A DNA stretch of 64,000 nt from Candidatus Kaiserbacteria bacterium (GTDB taxonomy: Bacteria > Patescibacteriota > Minisyncoccia > Phycocordibacterales > Phycocordibacteraceae). Positions 1 through 8,945 of the stretch are shown here, piece by piece. The first letter of the stretch is position 1; every line of letters begins with the position of its first letter. The translations under genes and the position numbers were made by a program. The stretch is from positions 48,251 to 112,250 of the forward strand of contig DAIDIW010000002.1 in the NCBI GenBank assembly GCA_027451665.1, in the 5' to 3' direction. The notes below the pieces were generated by a model. It was not told the DNA's origin, ran no database searches, and saw only the letters and a list, made by a program, of their open reading frames with translations.

Positions 1-1119
1 CTCTCGGCGCACGAAGAAGGACTGTCGCCGGTGAAGGTATCAGTTACCGAACGCGAGGGCTTCGTGACCGTCATAACCGCCCATAAGTCGAAGGGCATGG
101 AATTCGCCGAAGTGGTCATTCCGGATGCGACGGAACAGGCCTGGGAGAAGGGAGGTCGCGCCGGCATGATCCCGAGCCCGTTCGAACGTGCGCAGTCGCT
201 CGAGGATGCTCGGCGGCTCTTCTATGTGGCGCTCACGCGCGCCAAGGACCGGGCGTATCTTTCGTATGCCCATGAGAGCAGTGCCGGCCGCGAACGCGCG
301 CTGACCTCGCTTGTACCGCGAGGGCTACCGGAGATAGAAATCGAGAGTGAGGTGCTTCCGCTCCTCCATGCAAAAGTCAACGCGCCTCAAAAGGTACGCG
401 CGCTCGTCGAAACCTATCTTCAGACGGACGGGCTCTCGCCCTCGGCCGTGAACGAGTTCCTCTCCTCGCCGCCGACCTTCTTCGTGCGTCGCGTTCTGCG
501 TATCAAGGAACCGCCCGTTCCCGCGCTCGTGTACGGCTCGGCCGTCCACGCCGCGCTTGCCGTCGCACTCTCGGACAAATCGCTTCTCGCCGCCTACGCG
601 GCGCTCGAGCGCACGTTCTCACGCTCGCTTCTGCCGCGAGGCGCCGCTTTCGACAAGCTCCTCGCGGATGCGCGCCGCACATTCGATGCGGCTCGCGATG
701 AGCTTGCGTCGTTGGGTGAGCCGGTCGCTATAGAGAAGAGCCTCTCGATTGAGATACGCGTCGCAGATAAGCCGATAACGCTCAGCGGAAAGATTGACGC
801 GGTCTTCAAAGGCCCGCACGGCTTCATCGTCGCTGATTTCAAGACGGGCAGCGCCGTATCAGCAAAGAACGAAGAATATGCGCGACAGCTCGCATTCTAT
901 GCGGAGCTGCTTGCAGCGAATGACCTGCCGGTCGTCTCAGCACTCCTGCTCGGCGTCTCAGAGGACGGCATAAAACGGGTTGAATGCTCGATCGGGAAAG
1001 ACGACCGCGGGGCGGCTCTGCAGACGCTCAAGGGGATGGTCCAAGAACTCCGCTCAGGCGCGTGGCATACGGGTCAGCCGTCCGAATATGATGCGCTTCT
1101 GAAGCTATTCGAATCCTAG
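1..1119 (+). CDS. C-terminal part (5' truncated at the window edge) of a UvrD/PcrA-type helicase fused to a PD-(D/E)XK RecB/Cas4-like nuclease domain
   Basis: The frame is open from nt 1. Helicase motif VI-like 'VALTRAKDRAYLSY' and 'TAHKSKGMEF' are present. A C-terminal 'DFKTG...EY' nuclease-like motif (as in AddA/AddB/RecB) follows. Confidence 0.7.
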   Translation, partial: LSAHEEGLSPVKVSVTEREGFVTVITAHKSKGMEFAEVVIPDATEQAWEKGGRAGMIPSPFERAQSLEDARRLFYVALTRAKDRAYLSYAHESSAGRERALTSLVPRGLPEIEIESEVLPLLHAKVNAPQKVRALVETYLQTDGLSPSAVNEFLSSPPTFFVRRVLRIKEPPVPALVYGSAVHAALAVALSDKSLLAAYAALERTFSRSLLPRGAAFDKLLADARRTFDAARDELASLGEPVAIEKSLSIEIRVADKPITLSGKIDAVFKGPHGFIVADFKTGSAVSAKNEEYARQLAFYAELLAANDLPVVSALLLGVSEDGIKRVECSIGKDDRGAALQTLKGMVQELRSGAWHTGQPSEYDALLKLFES

Positions 1120-1799
1120 TGGTCAAGAGACTGGAGCGCGTGGTCCACGAGCTGCTTAACGGCTTCATAGGAATACGCGCCATCCATGACGATGGGCGGT
1201 TGGCCGGCTACGAGTATGAGGGAATAGGGCGTACCTTGCGCACCTGCAGCGAGCGCATTCGAGCGGTCGGCAGCGATGCGGGCGTCGACGGTTGAAGAGG
1301 CGTCGGCGAGACAGGTCGCGAAGGTATCGCTGCTGATGCCGGCGCGCGCCGCATACGTGCCGTAGTCCTGCGGATCTGCCGGCTGATTCGCGAACAACAG
1401 GTCGGCGAACTTCCAAAACGCTTCATTGCCGCCAACTTTCGACGCACATTCGGCGGCTTCGGCATCTTGTTCGGCGGTCGGGTGCAGCTCCATAATGGGG
1501 AACTCACGGAACACCCAATCTACCGCGCCATTTGCGCCCTCGTTCGCGATGATCGCGTGCAGTGTCGCGGAGAAGTTCTTGCAGTATTCGCAATCGAAAT
1601 CGGCATACTCGACGATCTTCACTGGCGCGGCAGGATTACCGAGGATATGATCGGCCGGCCCTACCGGGCGTACTGCTGCGGGATCTCCTTGCCCCGAGCT
1701 CGTCGAAGGCTCAGATCGATGGACCGAGAAATAGACCGCCGCGGCCACGATCACGCCGCCAAGGAGTATGGCGAGGGGAATCGTGGTTGAAGGCTTCAT
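1116..1799 (-). CDS. DsbA-like thiol:disulfide oxidoreductase, membrane anchored
   Basis: N-terminal TM helix and a CxxC motif 'CEYC' in a thioredoxin-like context. It ends convergent with, and overlaps by 4 nt, the upstream + gene. Confidence 0.65.
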   Translation of the reverse strand: MKPSTTIPLAILLGGVIVAAAVYFSVHRSEPSTSSGQGDPAAVRPVGPADHILGNPAAPVKIVEYADFDCEYCKNFSATLHAIIANEGANGAVDWVFREFPIMELHPTAEQDAEAAECASKVGGNEAFWKFADLLFANQPADPQDYGTYAARAGISSDTFATCLADASSTVDARIAADRSNALAAGAQGTPYSLILVAGQPPIVMDGAYSYEAVKQLVDHALQSLDH

Positions 1800-1838
1800 A
1801 CGCGTAGGATACCGCGGCGACGGTCGTCCTGTCTCCTG

Positions 1839-2429
1839 CTAAAGCGGGAGCGCGTGCGTGAGAGAAGGAGCGCCGTTTAACGCTTCACGCAGCCACCCGC
1901 TCGTGTCGAGCTTCACCTCGCGCTTTTCACGCAAATCCTTGTAGCGGAGCGAGCCTTTCTCGAGCGCGTGGTCGAAAAGCTCTTTCGTGATACGGACGTC
2001 CTGGATGCAATAGGCGCGCACCTTCTCGATTTCGCCGGCGGCCCACCATTCCTGGGCCAAAAGGCCGTCGGCGGACTTTCCCTTACCGAGCGTCGCTTCC
2101 GCGAGCGATTGGAGGCGCAGACGCCGTCCGAGCACGGCGTATACCTCGGCCATGAGATCGAGCGAACGGATGCGCGTGAGGTCACCTGGGTAGTAGCGAT
2201 TCAAGAGCGGTATGTCGAAGCTGTCAGAGTTATACCCGATGAACAGATCGGTTGATTCGAGTATCGGCCAGAGCGCGGGTAATTCTTCGCGCGTGTAGGA
2301 TTTATAGGTCGCATCCGCCGAATCGTAGAGTGCGAGGAGCGTCAATTCCTGATCGTCGAGATCGATACGACCGCGTACCAGAGTGCCGCTTTTCGAAATG
2401 CTCTCAATGTCGAAGACGAGATAGCGCAT
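1839..2429 (-). CDS. 3'-5' exonuclease, RNase H-like fold (DnaQ/PolB-exo-like)
   Basis: 'VFDIE' Exo I-like motif, 'YNSDSFDIPLL' and 'CIQDV'. Its start ATG overlaps the hisS stop (TAATG). Confidence 0.5.
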   Translation of the reverse strand: MRYLVFDIESISKSGTLVRGRIDLDDQELTLLALYDSADATYKSYTREELPALWPILESTDLFIGYNSDSFDIPLLNRYYPGDLTRIRSLDLMAEVYAVLGRRLRLQSLAEATLGKGKSADGLLAQEWWAAGEIEKVRAYCIQDVRITKELFDHALEKGSLRYKDLREKREVKLDTSGWLREALNGAPSLTHALPL

Positions 2430-3688
2430 TATCGTACGAAAGAGGGGAGCGCGTCGATCGAGAATGCCGTCTCCACACCGGTCGACAGCGTCTTCACGCG
2501 CATCGCATTATTTGCGAGTTCATCCGCTCCATAGGCGGCAAAGAAGGGTATGCCGCGCTTCACGGCATCTTTTACCTGGTCGCCGAGCCCCCTCTCGGTG
2601 AGATTCACGAATACCCGGACGCCGCGCGTGCGTAACTTCGCAGCGAACGCTTGGGCTGCGGGCACATCCTCCTGCCGAGGTGTCCCGAGATAGAGCTGCG
2701 GACGCGCTCTCCCGGTATCGAGCGGAAGCTTGTGCGCTTCGATGAAATCCGAGAGCGTGACGTCACCGAGCGCGAAACCGATTGCCGGGATGGGATCGCC
2801 TCCAAAAAGCGCGACGAGACGGTCATAGCGGCCGCCTCCAAAAAGCGCGCGCGGATTAGCGGGATCGGTGTCATAGAGCTCGAATACCATTCCGGTGTAA
2901 TAGTCGAATCCGCGTGTGATCGTCGGGTCGAAGACGGCATTGCTGACGCCGCGTGCGGAAAGCGCGGTGAGCCGGTCGAGGAGTCGCTTCTTCTCTTCCG
3001 CGACGGCCGGGTCCCGGCCGGCGTCCACGATGAATGCGAGCGGATCCTTGCTCGTAATCGCGCTTCGCGCCGCATTAAAGGCTTCAGGCGTCATCTTGTC
3101 CTTCTTATCGAGGAGCCGAAGATACGCGCGCACGCCGTCTTCGGTAAGACCGGCAGCGGTACACGCCGCGTTCAAGAGCGGACGTGCATTCACGCGGATT
3201 ACGAAGTCGCGCTCGGCCGCACCAAGATCCTTCATGAGCGTTGCGGCGAGCGCAAGCGTTTCGATGTCCGCTTCGCCCTCAGGAAGCCCGAGGACATCGA
3301 TGTCGCACTGGTAAAACTCACGGAGCCGTCCCTTCTGCGGTCGCTCATAGCGGAAACGGTTGCCAATTGAGAACCAGCGTAGCGGAAAGGCAAGTTCGCG
3401 GCGTTTGCCCGCGACCATGCGCGCCAAGGTCGGCGTCATCTCAGGGCGAAGCGTGACGCGGCGATCGCCGCGATCCGTAAAGGTATAGGTCTGCTCGTTC
3501 ACTATCTCTTCCGAGGTTTTCGCTTCGTAGAGCTCAGCGCGCTCGAGCGGGGATGCCTGGTATTCCTCGAAGCCGGCGAGCGCGAGCGTTTCCCGGAGCC
3601 GCGCGAACATAGCCTCCATTCGCGCCCAATCGGCAGGATAGAAGTCGCGCACCCCTTTGTACGGTTCTGTCGTAAGCTTTTCGCTCAT
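2429..3688 (-). CDS. hisS: histidyl-tRNA synthetase
   Basis: Class II aaRS motifs 'GVRDF', 'RPEMTP' and 'GGRYD', plus a C-terminal anticodon-binding domain. Confidence 0.9.
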   Translation of the reverse strand: MSEKLTTEPYKGVRDFYPADWARMEAMFARLRETLALAGFEEYQASPLERAELYEAKTSEEIVNEQTYTFTDRGDRRVTLRPEMTPTLARMVAGKRRELAFPLRWFSIGNRFRYERPQKGRLREFYQCDIDVLGLPEGEADIETLALAATLMKDLGAAERDFVIRVNARPLLNAACTAAGLTEDGVRAYLRLLDKKDKMTPEAFNAARSAITSKDPLAFIVDAGRDPAVAEEKKRLLDRLTALSARGVSNAVFDPTITRGFDYYTGMVFELYDTDPANPRALFGGGRYDRLVALFGGDPIPAIGFALGDVTLSDFIEAHKLPLDTGRARPQLYLGTPRQEDVPAAQAFAAKLRTRGVRVFVNLTERGLGDQVKDAVKRGIPFFAAYGADELANNAMRVKTLSTGVETAFSIDALPSFVR

Positions 3689-3759
3689 TCGACGATTTTA
3701 TCACGGCAGGTATCAGTCCGCAGTTTTCTGCGGCTGGACGCTTTCGCGCGCGCCGCTCG

Positions 3760-4299
3760 TCAGACCGACGGGTTCGGGCCGGCCTTCTCGGCGACGTACT
3801 TCAGGATGAGATCCCGCATCTGCATAGGGCGCGGTATGCCGTTCATGAGGAATTCCTCTTCCTCTCCCGCGGTCTGTACATGGATCGTACCGAGGTCGAG
3901 TAGCGAGGACAGGACGCCGGTTACCTCCGTGCTCACGTCCTGTACGCGATTGAGAAGGAGCGACGAGACCCTGCGATCGAAATAGCTGCGCTGCCGCACC
4001 TCCACGATGCGGCGGTCGGTAAGCACCCAGAGATTGAGGTAGTAGCGGGTGAACGCGCTGAAGGCGCCCGTCCAGGCCGCGAGGAGCCAGATGCCGAGTG
4101 CGAGCCGCATGAGCGGCTGCCGCACGTCGAGTGCGACCGCGTAAGGAGCGAAAAGTGGTGTGAGGCGTAAGAGCCCCGGAAGCGCGAAGGGGATGGCGAG
4201 CAGTATCGCGTAGGGAAGCAGGGTCGCAGCGAAGAGAAGCCAGTGCTTGCGCGCCTGCTTCACGACGTGTTCGCCCGGTTCGAGCTCGAATTCCTTCAT
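3760..4299 (-). CDS. bacterial PH-domain (YdbT/bPH_2-like) membrane protein
   Basis: Two TM helices followed by 'LTDRRIVEV...' typical of the membrane-flanked bPH domain. Confidence 0.5.
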   Translation of the reverse strand: MKEFELEPGEHVVKQARKHWLLFAATLLPYAILLAIPFALPGLLRLTPLFAPYAVALDVRQPLMRLALGIWLLAAWTGAFSAFTRYYLNLWVLTDRRIVEVRQRSYFDRRVSSLLLNRVQDVSTEVTGVLSSLLDLGTIHVQTAGEEEEFLMNGIPRPMQMRDLILKYVAEKAGPNPSV

Positions 4300-4556
4300 A
4301 CGAGCAGCGTTCCTGACAGGGCGTACGCCATGAGCGTAATCGAGAGGAAGATATGGACTGCGATCGCGGGGAAGGCAACGCGCGAGTCATGCGAGTACTT
4401 GAGCCAATGATAGATGATCACAATCGAATAGAACGCCCAGAGGCCGAATACGGCATAGAGGAAGTACTCAAGCGTGAGTCCGGCCGGTATCGTCCCGATC
4501 GGAAGATGGGCGAGGAGCGTCGCAGGCGACGATACAGAATGAAGCGGCTGGTTCAT
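4296..4556 (-). CDS. small membrane protein (trimmed to the internal Met 'MNQPLHS')
   Basis: Hydrophobic. Its ATG at 4556-4554 overlaps the prmC stop (ATGA), and its end overlaps the next gene (operon prmC-small-bPH). Confidence 0.35.
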   Translation of the reverse strand: MNQPLHSVSSPATLLAHLPIGTIPAGLTLEYFLYAVFGLWAFYSIVIIYHWLKYSHDSRVAFPAIAVHIFLSITLMAYALSGTLLV

Positions 4557-5311
4557 CTTGCTTTTGAGCGTACCACCAAGAGCCGGAGGATACCGTGCTG
4601 GTCCGGGGATAGCTCCGTCGCGAAGCCCTCCGACTCGAAGAGCGCTCGCGCGTTCTTGGCGTTCGCGTGATCGCACTCGATCCATGCCTGCCCGTCCGGC
4701 GAAAGATGCTCGGGCAGCTCGCGTGCGATGCGTCGCAAGATCGCGAGTCCATCATTCCCCGCGAAGAGCGCGGCGGGCGGCTCGAAGTCAGCGACGCTAG
4801 GGTCGAGTACGCGATGGGCAGGGATGTACGGAGGATTGCTCGCGATGACCTCGAAGCGCAGCTTCGGAAAAGGCTCGAACAGATCGCCGATCCCTACGTG
4901 CGCGCGCGAGCCGTCGAGCCCGTTCTCTCGTATATTCGCGCGGATGGTCGCCTCGTGCGCTCCGTCGAGTTCGCCGAAGTGGACATCCGCTTGCGGGAGT
5001 CTCGCGAGCGCAGCGCACCCGATCGCGCCGCTTCCCGAGCACAGGTCGAGAAACCGAATCTTGCTCGCTCCCCATTCATCCCGCACAGCCTTGAGCATGC
5101 GTTCCGTCCACCACTCGGTCTCGGAGCGGGGTATGAGCGGATGCGAATCGAGACGGATCGTAAGCCCGAGAAAGGGTGTGTGGCCGATAACGTAGGCCAC
5201 TGGCTCGCCGGCTGCAAGCCGGTGCCGGTCCTCTTCGAAGCCGGGGTTCGGCGTGCCGCCGTATTTCTCATCGAGCACCCAGCGCTCCTCGCGCGAGCCG
5301 TCCATGGGCAT
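4553..5311 (-). CDS. prmC: release-factor glutamine N5-methyltransferase (PrmC/HemK); the 150-codon N-terminal ORF extension is judged spurious
   Basis: 'LDLCSGSGAIG' SAM-binding motif and 'NPPY' catalytic motif. The start is set at the internal Met 'MPMDG' (cat at 5309-5311). Confidence 0.8.
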   Translation of the reverse strand: MPMDGSREERWVLDEKYGGTPNPGFEEDRHRLAAGEPVAYVIGHTPFLGLTIRLDSHPLIPRSETEWWTERMLKAVRDEWGASKIRFLDLCSGSGAIGCAALARLPQADVHFGELDGAHEATIRANIRENGLDGSRAHVGIGDLFEPFPKLRFEVIASNPPYIPAHRVLDPSVADFEPPAALFAGNDGLAILRRIARELPEHLSPDGQAWIECDHANAKNARALFESEGFATELSPDQHGILRLLVVRSKAR

Positions 5312-5341
5312 GCACGGTAGCACGCGTGGTAAGATTCGCCT

Positions 5342-5791
5342 ATGCGTTTCCACGTCTGGCACACGCTGCTGTCGGTCTTCTATGCGGCGCTCGCCGTCCT
5401 CGCGTATCTCTGGCTCGCCGCCACGCAGCGTCTCACGGGCTACCTGTCTGCGGGCGAATTCATCCTGATCGCGCTCGCGATACAGCGGCTCGTGCGTCTG
5501 TTCACGTACGACGCGATAACGGCATTCATCCGTGAGTGGTTCGCCGGTGCCGATCCCCGCAGTTTCCGCGGTTCGCTCGGGACGCTCATAAACTGCCCCT
5601 GGTGTACCGGTCTCTGGTTCGCGCTCGTCGTCGTATTCTGCTATTTCAGGTGGCCGACGGCGAGCTGGTATGCCATCCTCGTCCTCGCGCTCTCCTCGGT
5701 CGCTTCGATGCTGCAGCTCTTCGCGAACTATCTCGGATGGAGCGCCGAATCGCGTAAGCAAGCGTGCAAGCCGATGCCGCTCCCGCGCTAG
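5342..5791 (+). CDS. DUF1360-family membrane protein
   Basis: 'NCPWCTGLW' motif and four predicted TM segments. Confidence 0.5.
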   Translation: MRFHVWHTLLSVFYAALAVLAYLWLAATQRLTGYLSAGEFILIALAIQRLVRLFTYDAITAFIREWFAGADPRSFRGSLGTLINCPWCTGLWFALVVVFCYFRWPTASWYAILVLALSSVASMLQLFANYLGWSAESRKQACKPMPLPR

Positions 5792-5893
5792 CTTCCGACT
5801 GGTCTCGCGCGAGTCGCGTCTCTGTGCTCTACTGTGTGCAGCTTGTGAGATTCACAGGTCTTTGAGCGTAAGCTCTACGAGAGGGGGGCAGGT

Positions 5894-6361
5894 ATGGCTT
5901 GGACAGACGAACAAGTAGAGCGGCTTCGTTCCTTGTGGACCGAAGGACTTAGCGCGAGCGAGATCGCGGTGGCACTCCACCCCGTGACTCGGAACGCGGT
6001 CATAGGTAAGATACATCGCCTCGGGCTTGCGGGGAGGCGAGTCGCATCTCTCAGTGAGCGACCGCGGCTCTTAAGAGCTCCGCGGCTGCCAAAGCTCGGA
6101 CCGCAGGAGCTTCCTCCGTCTCCGGCGCTTCCAGTCACGTATGACGAGCCGCCGCCAGTGCGGCTTGATGACGGTGAACTGGTCGGCATCCTTGCAGTCA
6201 ACGATCGCACGTGCCGATGGCCGATTGGCGACCCGAGCGAGGATGGTTTCCACTTCTGCGGAAGAAAGCCGGAACCAGGCTCGCCGTATTGCGATCACCA
6301 TAAGCGCAGGGCGCATCAGCCGCCGAATGAGAAGCGGCTGAAAGGGACGATGCGCTCATGA
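5894..6361 (+). CDS. gcrA: GcrA-family cell-cycle/transcription regulator
   Basis: N-terminus 'MAWTDEQVERLRSLWTEGLSASEIA...VTRNAVIGKIHRLGL' and C-terminus 'CRWPIGDP...FHFCG...PYCDHH' match the two conserved GcrA domains. Confidence 0.8.
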   Translation: MAWTDEQVERLRSLWTEGLSASEIAVALHPVTRNAVIGKIHRLGLAGRRVASLSERPRLLRAPRLPKLGPQELPPSPALPVTYDEPPPVRLDDGELVGILAVNDRTCRWPIGDPSEDGFHFCGRKPEPGSPYCDHHKRRAHQPPNEKRLKGTMRS

Positions 6362-6429
6362 ACATACGTGCCGGCGGGGAGCGTTGCTCCCTGCCGGTTT
6401 TCTTCTGGGCATGCTGCGGATGTACGCAA

Positions 6430-6455
6430 GACGCCCGCGCATATGCGCGGGCGTC
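6430..6455. terminator. perfect 26-bp GC-rich palindrome between the convergent gcrA and RRM genes, likely a bidirectional terminator
   Basis: GACGCCCGCGCATATGCGCGGGCGTC followed by 'ttctgttcc'. A second hairpin plus T-tract lies at about 6375-6410. Confidence 0.5.
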
Positions 6456-6478
6456 TTCTGTTCCCAGCGAGGGAGCGA

Positions 6479-6814
6479 TTAGTAACCGCCGCGACCGAAG
6501 CCTCCGCGATCACCGCCGCCGAAACCGCCTTCGCGGCGCGGGGGGCGATCACCCTGCGGGCGAGCGAAGGAGACCGAGAGCGTGCGCCCGTCGAAGTCCT
6601 TGCCGTCCCAGCGATCGATAGCCGCCTGAGCCTCCTCCGGAGAGGACATCTCGACGAAACCGAAACCGCGCGAACGGCCGGTCATGCGATCGCTGATAAT
6701 GCTCGCGGAAACGACCGAGCCAGCCTCAGAAAAGGCCTTCTTGAGGTCATCTTCCGTCGAGCGGTAAGGGATACCGCCCACGTAGAGCTTGTTCCCCTGG
6801 ACTGAATTATCCAT
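6479..6814 (-). CDS. RRM-type RNA-binding protein with a Gly/Arg-rich tail (start trimmed to 'MDNSVQGNKLYVGG')
   Basis: RNP-2 'LYVGGI' and RNP-1 'RGFGFVEM' are present. The C-terminus is 'GGFGGGDRGGFGRGG'. Confidence 0.8.
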   Translation of the reverse strand: MDNSVQGNKLYVGGIPYRSTEDDLKKAFSEAGSVVSASIISDRMTGRSRGFGFVEMSSPEEAQAAIDRWDGKDFDGRTLSVSFARPQGDRPPRREGGFGGGDRGGFGRGGY

Positions 6815-6958
6815 GTGGATGTTGGGTGTGAACCGAGTAACCTCGCTGAAACTGAGCACTTGGGAGCAGGAGCGCCAAAGTTCGAATACTCTGCGAGTGC
6901 CTACAATATGCCAGAAATCCCTAGACCATGCAAGGGGAGTCGTCAAGAGTGGGGATAT

Positions 6959-7108
6959 CTAGCATTTGCGACCCATTCGTAGCGTATCGCCCTCGGCCAC
7001 GGGGAGCGCTTCTCCGTCTAGTGCGTGGTAAAGGCTGCAGGGAGCAGCGTAGCGATCATGCCGATGCCGAGAAGCACCACAATAATGATGGCGAATGCCC
7101 GCTTCATA
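6959..7108 (-). CDS. possible 49-aa single-TM small protein (absent from the ORF track, which only lists ORFs of 60 aa or more)
   Basis: Own reading: MKRAFAIIIVVLLGIGMIATLLPAAFTTHLDGEALPVAEGDTLRMGRKC. It sits in the gap between two minus-strand genes, and no clear SD was found. Confidence 0.2.
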   Translation of the reverse strand, partial: YEAGIRHHYCGASRHRHDRYAAPCSLYHALDGEALPVAEGDTLRMGRKC

Positions 7109-7163
7109 GGGCGAGCATAGCAGAAATCCCGTCCGGCCGCATGCAGCCGGGACGGAGTCTGTG

Positions 7164-7619
7164 CTACTGCAGGCGCGGCGTAGGGATCATGGGCGCGTTC
7201 GTGCCTGGTGCCATTGGTGCCGATCCTGCAGGGCGGATATCGATCGTCTGTGCGGAGATGCTGCCGTCGCTATTGTTTGATCCGGTCACAAGGACGTTCT
7301 CTCCTACGATAAGATCGGTCGTAGTCCCCGCGACGCTTTTAAGGATGGACGTGTCGGGCGCGAGCAGCACGAGATGTGATGAGCCGTCGCGGGTCGAGAG
7401 GGTGAGGCTGCCGTTGGCGGTCTTCGCGATTGAACCCACGAGAATGCCGCCCGATACTTGCGAGCCGAGACGCGCTGTGAAGCCGCCGCGGGCGGTGCCT
7501 GTTTGAGAACCGGCCGGGAAGGTCGGTTGCGCCCTCCCGCGCGGAAGGGCATAGCCGATGCCGCCGCCCATGAGGAATACCGCTATGAGCGCACTAATCA
7601 CTTTTGCGTCGAATTTCAT
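7164..7619 (-). CDS. secreted/anchored hypothetical protein, last gene of the ABC efflux module
   Basis: N-terminal signal/TM followed by a Gly/Ser/Thr-rich beta-like sequence. Confidence 0.4.
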   Translation of the reverse strand: MKFDAKVISALIAVFLMGGGIGYALPRGRAQPTFPAGSQTGTARGGFTARLGSQVSGGILVGSIAKTANGSLTLSTRDGSSHLVLLAPDTSILKSVAGTTTDLIVGENVLVTGSNNSDGSISAQTIDIRPAGSAPMAPGTNAPMIPTPRLQ

Positions 7620-7709
7620 ACGAGGATGGACAGTCTAAGAAGAGTAATGCTGCGTTCCCAGAGGATATCGCACCAGGGCGGACCCCATGCTCCTTTGGCG
7701 GTACGGGTA

Positions 7710-8945
7710 TCATTCATAGCGCAGCGCGTCGATGGGGTTAAGCGCGGCAGCTCGGCGCGCGGGATACCAGCCGAAGACGATGCCGATTGCCGCTGAGACG
7801 CCAAAGGCAAGGAGTACGGATTGCGAGGTAACCTGCGCTGTAACGACGCCCGTGGCAGTCACGAGATAGCTCGCGCCCCAGCCGAGCGCTACGCCGATGG
7901 TGCCTCCGATGAACGTGAGTGCGACCGCTTCGGCGAGGAATTGCGTATTGATATCGGCACGTGTTGCGCCGATGGCCTTACGCAGACCGATCTCGCGCAT
8001 CCGCTCGGTCACGTTCGTGAGCATCATGTTCATAATGCCGATACCGCCTACGATGAGCGAGATGCCCGCGACCGCTGCCAGAAGGGTAGTGAACGTGCTC
8101 GTGACCGAGGAGGCTGCGGAGACGAGATCCTGCTGGTTCAGGATGCTAAAGTCGGCCTTTGTCGGATCGCTTATCCCATGGCGCGAAAGCAGTAGAGCCG
8201 TGACGTCATTCTGCACCTGAGTCATCGATTGCTGCGAGGCGGCCTGGATGTCGATTGTCGAAAGGTATTGGTTGCCTTCGCCGGCAAAGTACTGAAGCGC
8301 GGTGCCAAGCGGTATGAACACCTCGTTATCCTGGCTTCCAAAGCCGGAGCCGCCTTTCGTTGACATCAGTCCGATAACCGTGAACAGGAGATTATTGATG
8401 CGGATCTTGTCCCCGACGAGATTTGTAGAGGTCGCGTTCGGACCCCAGAGATCAGTCGCAACTGTCGAACCGATGACCGCGACCTTTTGGAGCGATTGTG
8501 ACTCGACGTCATTCAGGAATGAACCTTGCGCCATAGTGATATTGCGGATCGTCGCGTAACTGCCGTTCACGCCATCGACGGTCGTGTTCGTATTCGCGCC
8601 GGCAACGGCGATTTGATAACGCGCCGCGTATTCTCCGGAAACGAGCGAAACATTAGAGACGCCGGCGATAGCTATCTCGTCGCTCGGCGTAAGCGATTTC
8701 GCGCTCCCGCGGCCGCCTGAAGCACCGAAACCAAATGTGCGTGCGGCACCTGGCATGACCTCGAGCAGGTTCGATCCGAGGGAATTAATGGAGTTGGAAA
8801 TCGTATTTTGCGCGCCTTGGCCGATCGCGGTAAGGGCTATGACCGAGGCGATCCCGATGACGATGCCGAGGATGGTGAGACCGCTCCGCACCTTGTTCGC
8901 GGAGAGCGCAGCATACGTCTCGTCAACCAGGTCGTTCGTGGTCAT
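7710..8945 (-). CDS. ABC transporter permease, MacB/FtsX family
   Basis: N-terminal TM, a large periplasmic domain and a C-terminal FtsX-like 4-TM region. It overlaps the upstream ATPase by 4 nt. Confidence 0.8.
   Translation of the reverse strand: MTTNDLVDETYAALSANKVRSGLTILGIVIGIASVIALTAIGQGAQNTISNSINSLGSNLLEVMPGAARTFGFGASGGRGSAKSLTPSDEIAIAGVSNVSLVSGEYAARYQIAVAGANTNTTVDGVNGSYATIRNITMAQGSFLNDVESQSLQKVAVIGSTVATDLWGPNATSTNLVGDKIRINNLLFTVIGLMSTKGGSGFGSQDNEVFIPLGTALQYFAGEGNQYLSTIDIQAASQQSMTQVQNDVTALLLSRHGISDPTKADFSILNQQDLVSAASSVTSTFTTLLAAVAGISLIVGGIGIMNMMLTNVTERMREIGLRKAIGATRADINTQFLAEAVALTFIGGTIGVALGWGASYLVTATGVVTAQVTSQSVLLAFGVSAAIGIVFGWYPARRAAALNPIDALRYE

Noticed and set aside
5312-5761. 150-codon N-terminal extension of the prmC ORF
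   Set aside because: Low-complexity Arg/Glu-rich translation overlapping the divergent DUF1360 gene. PrmC homology begins only at the internal Met 'MPMDG'.
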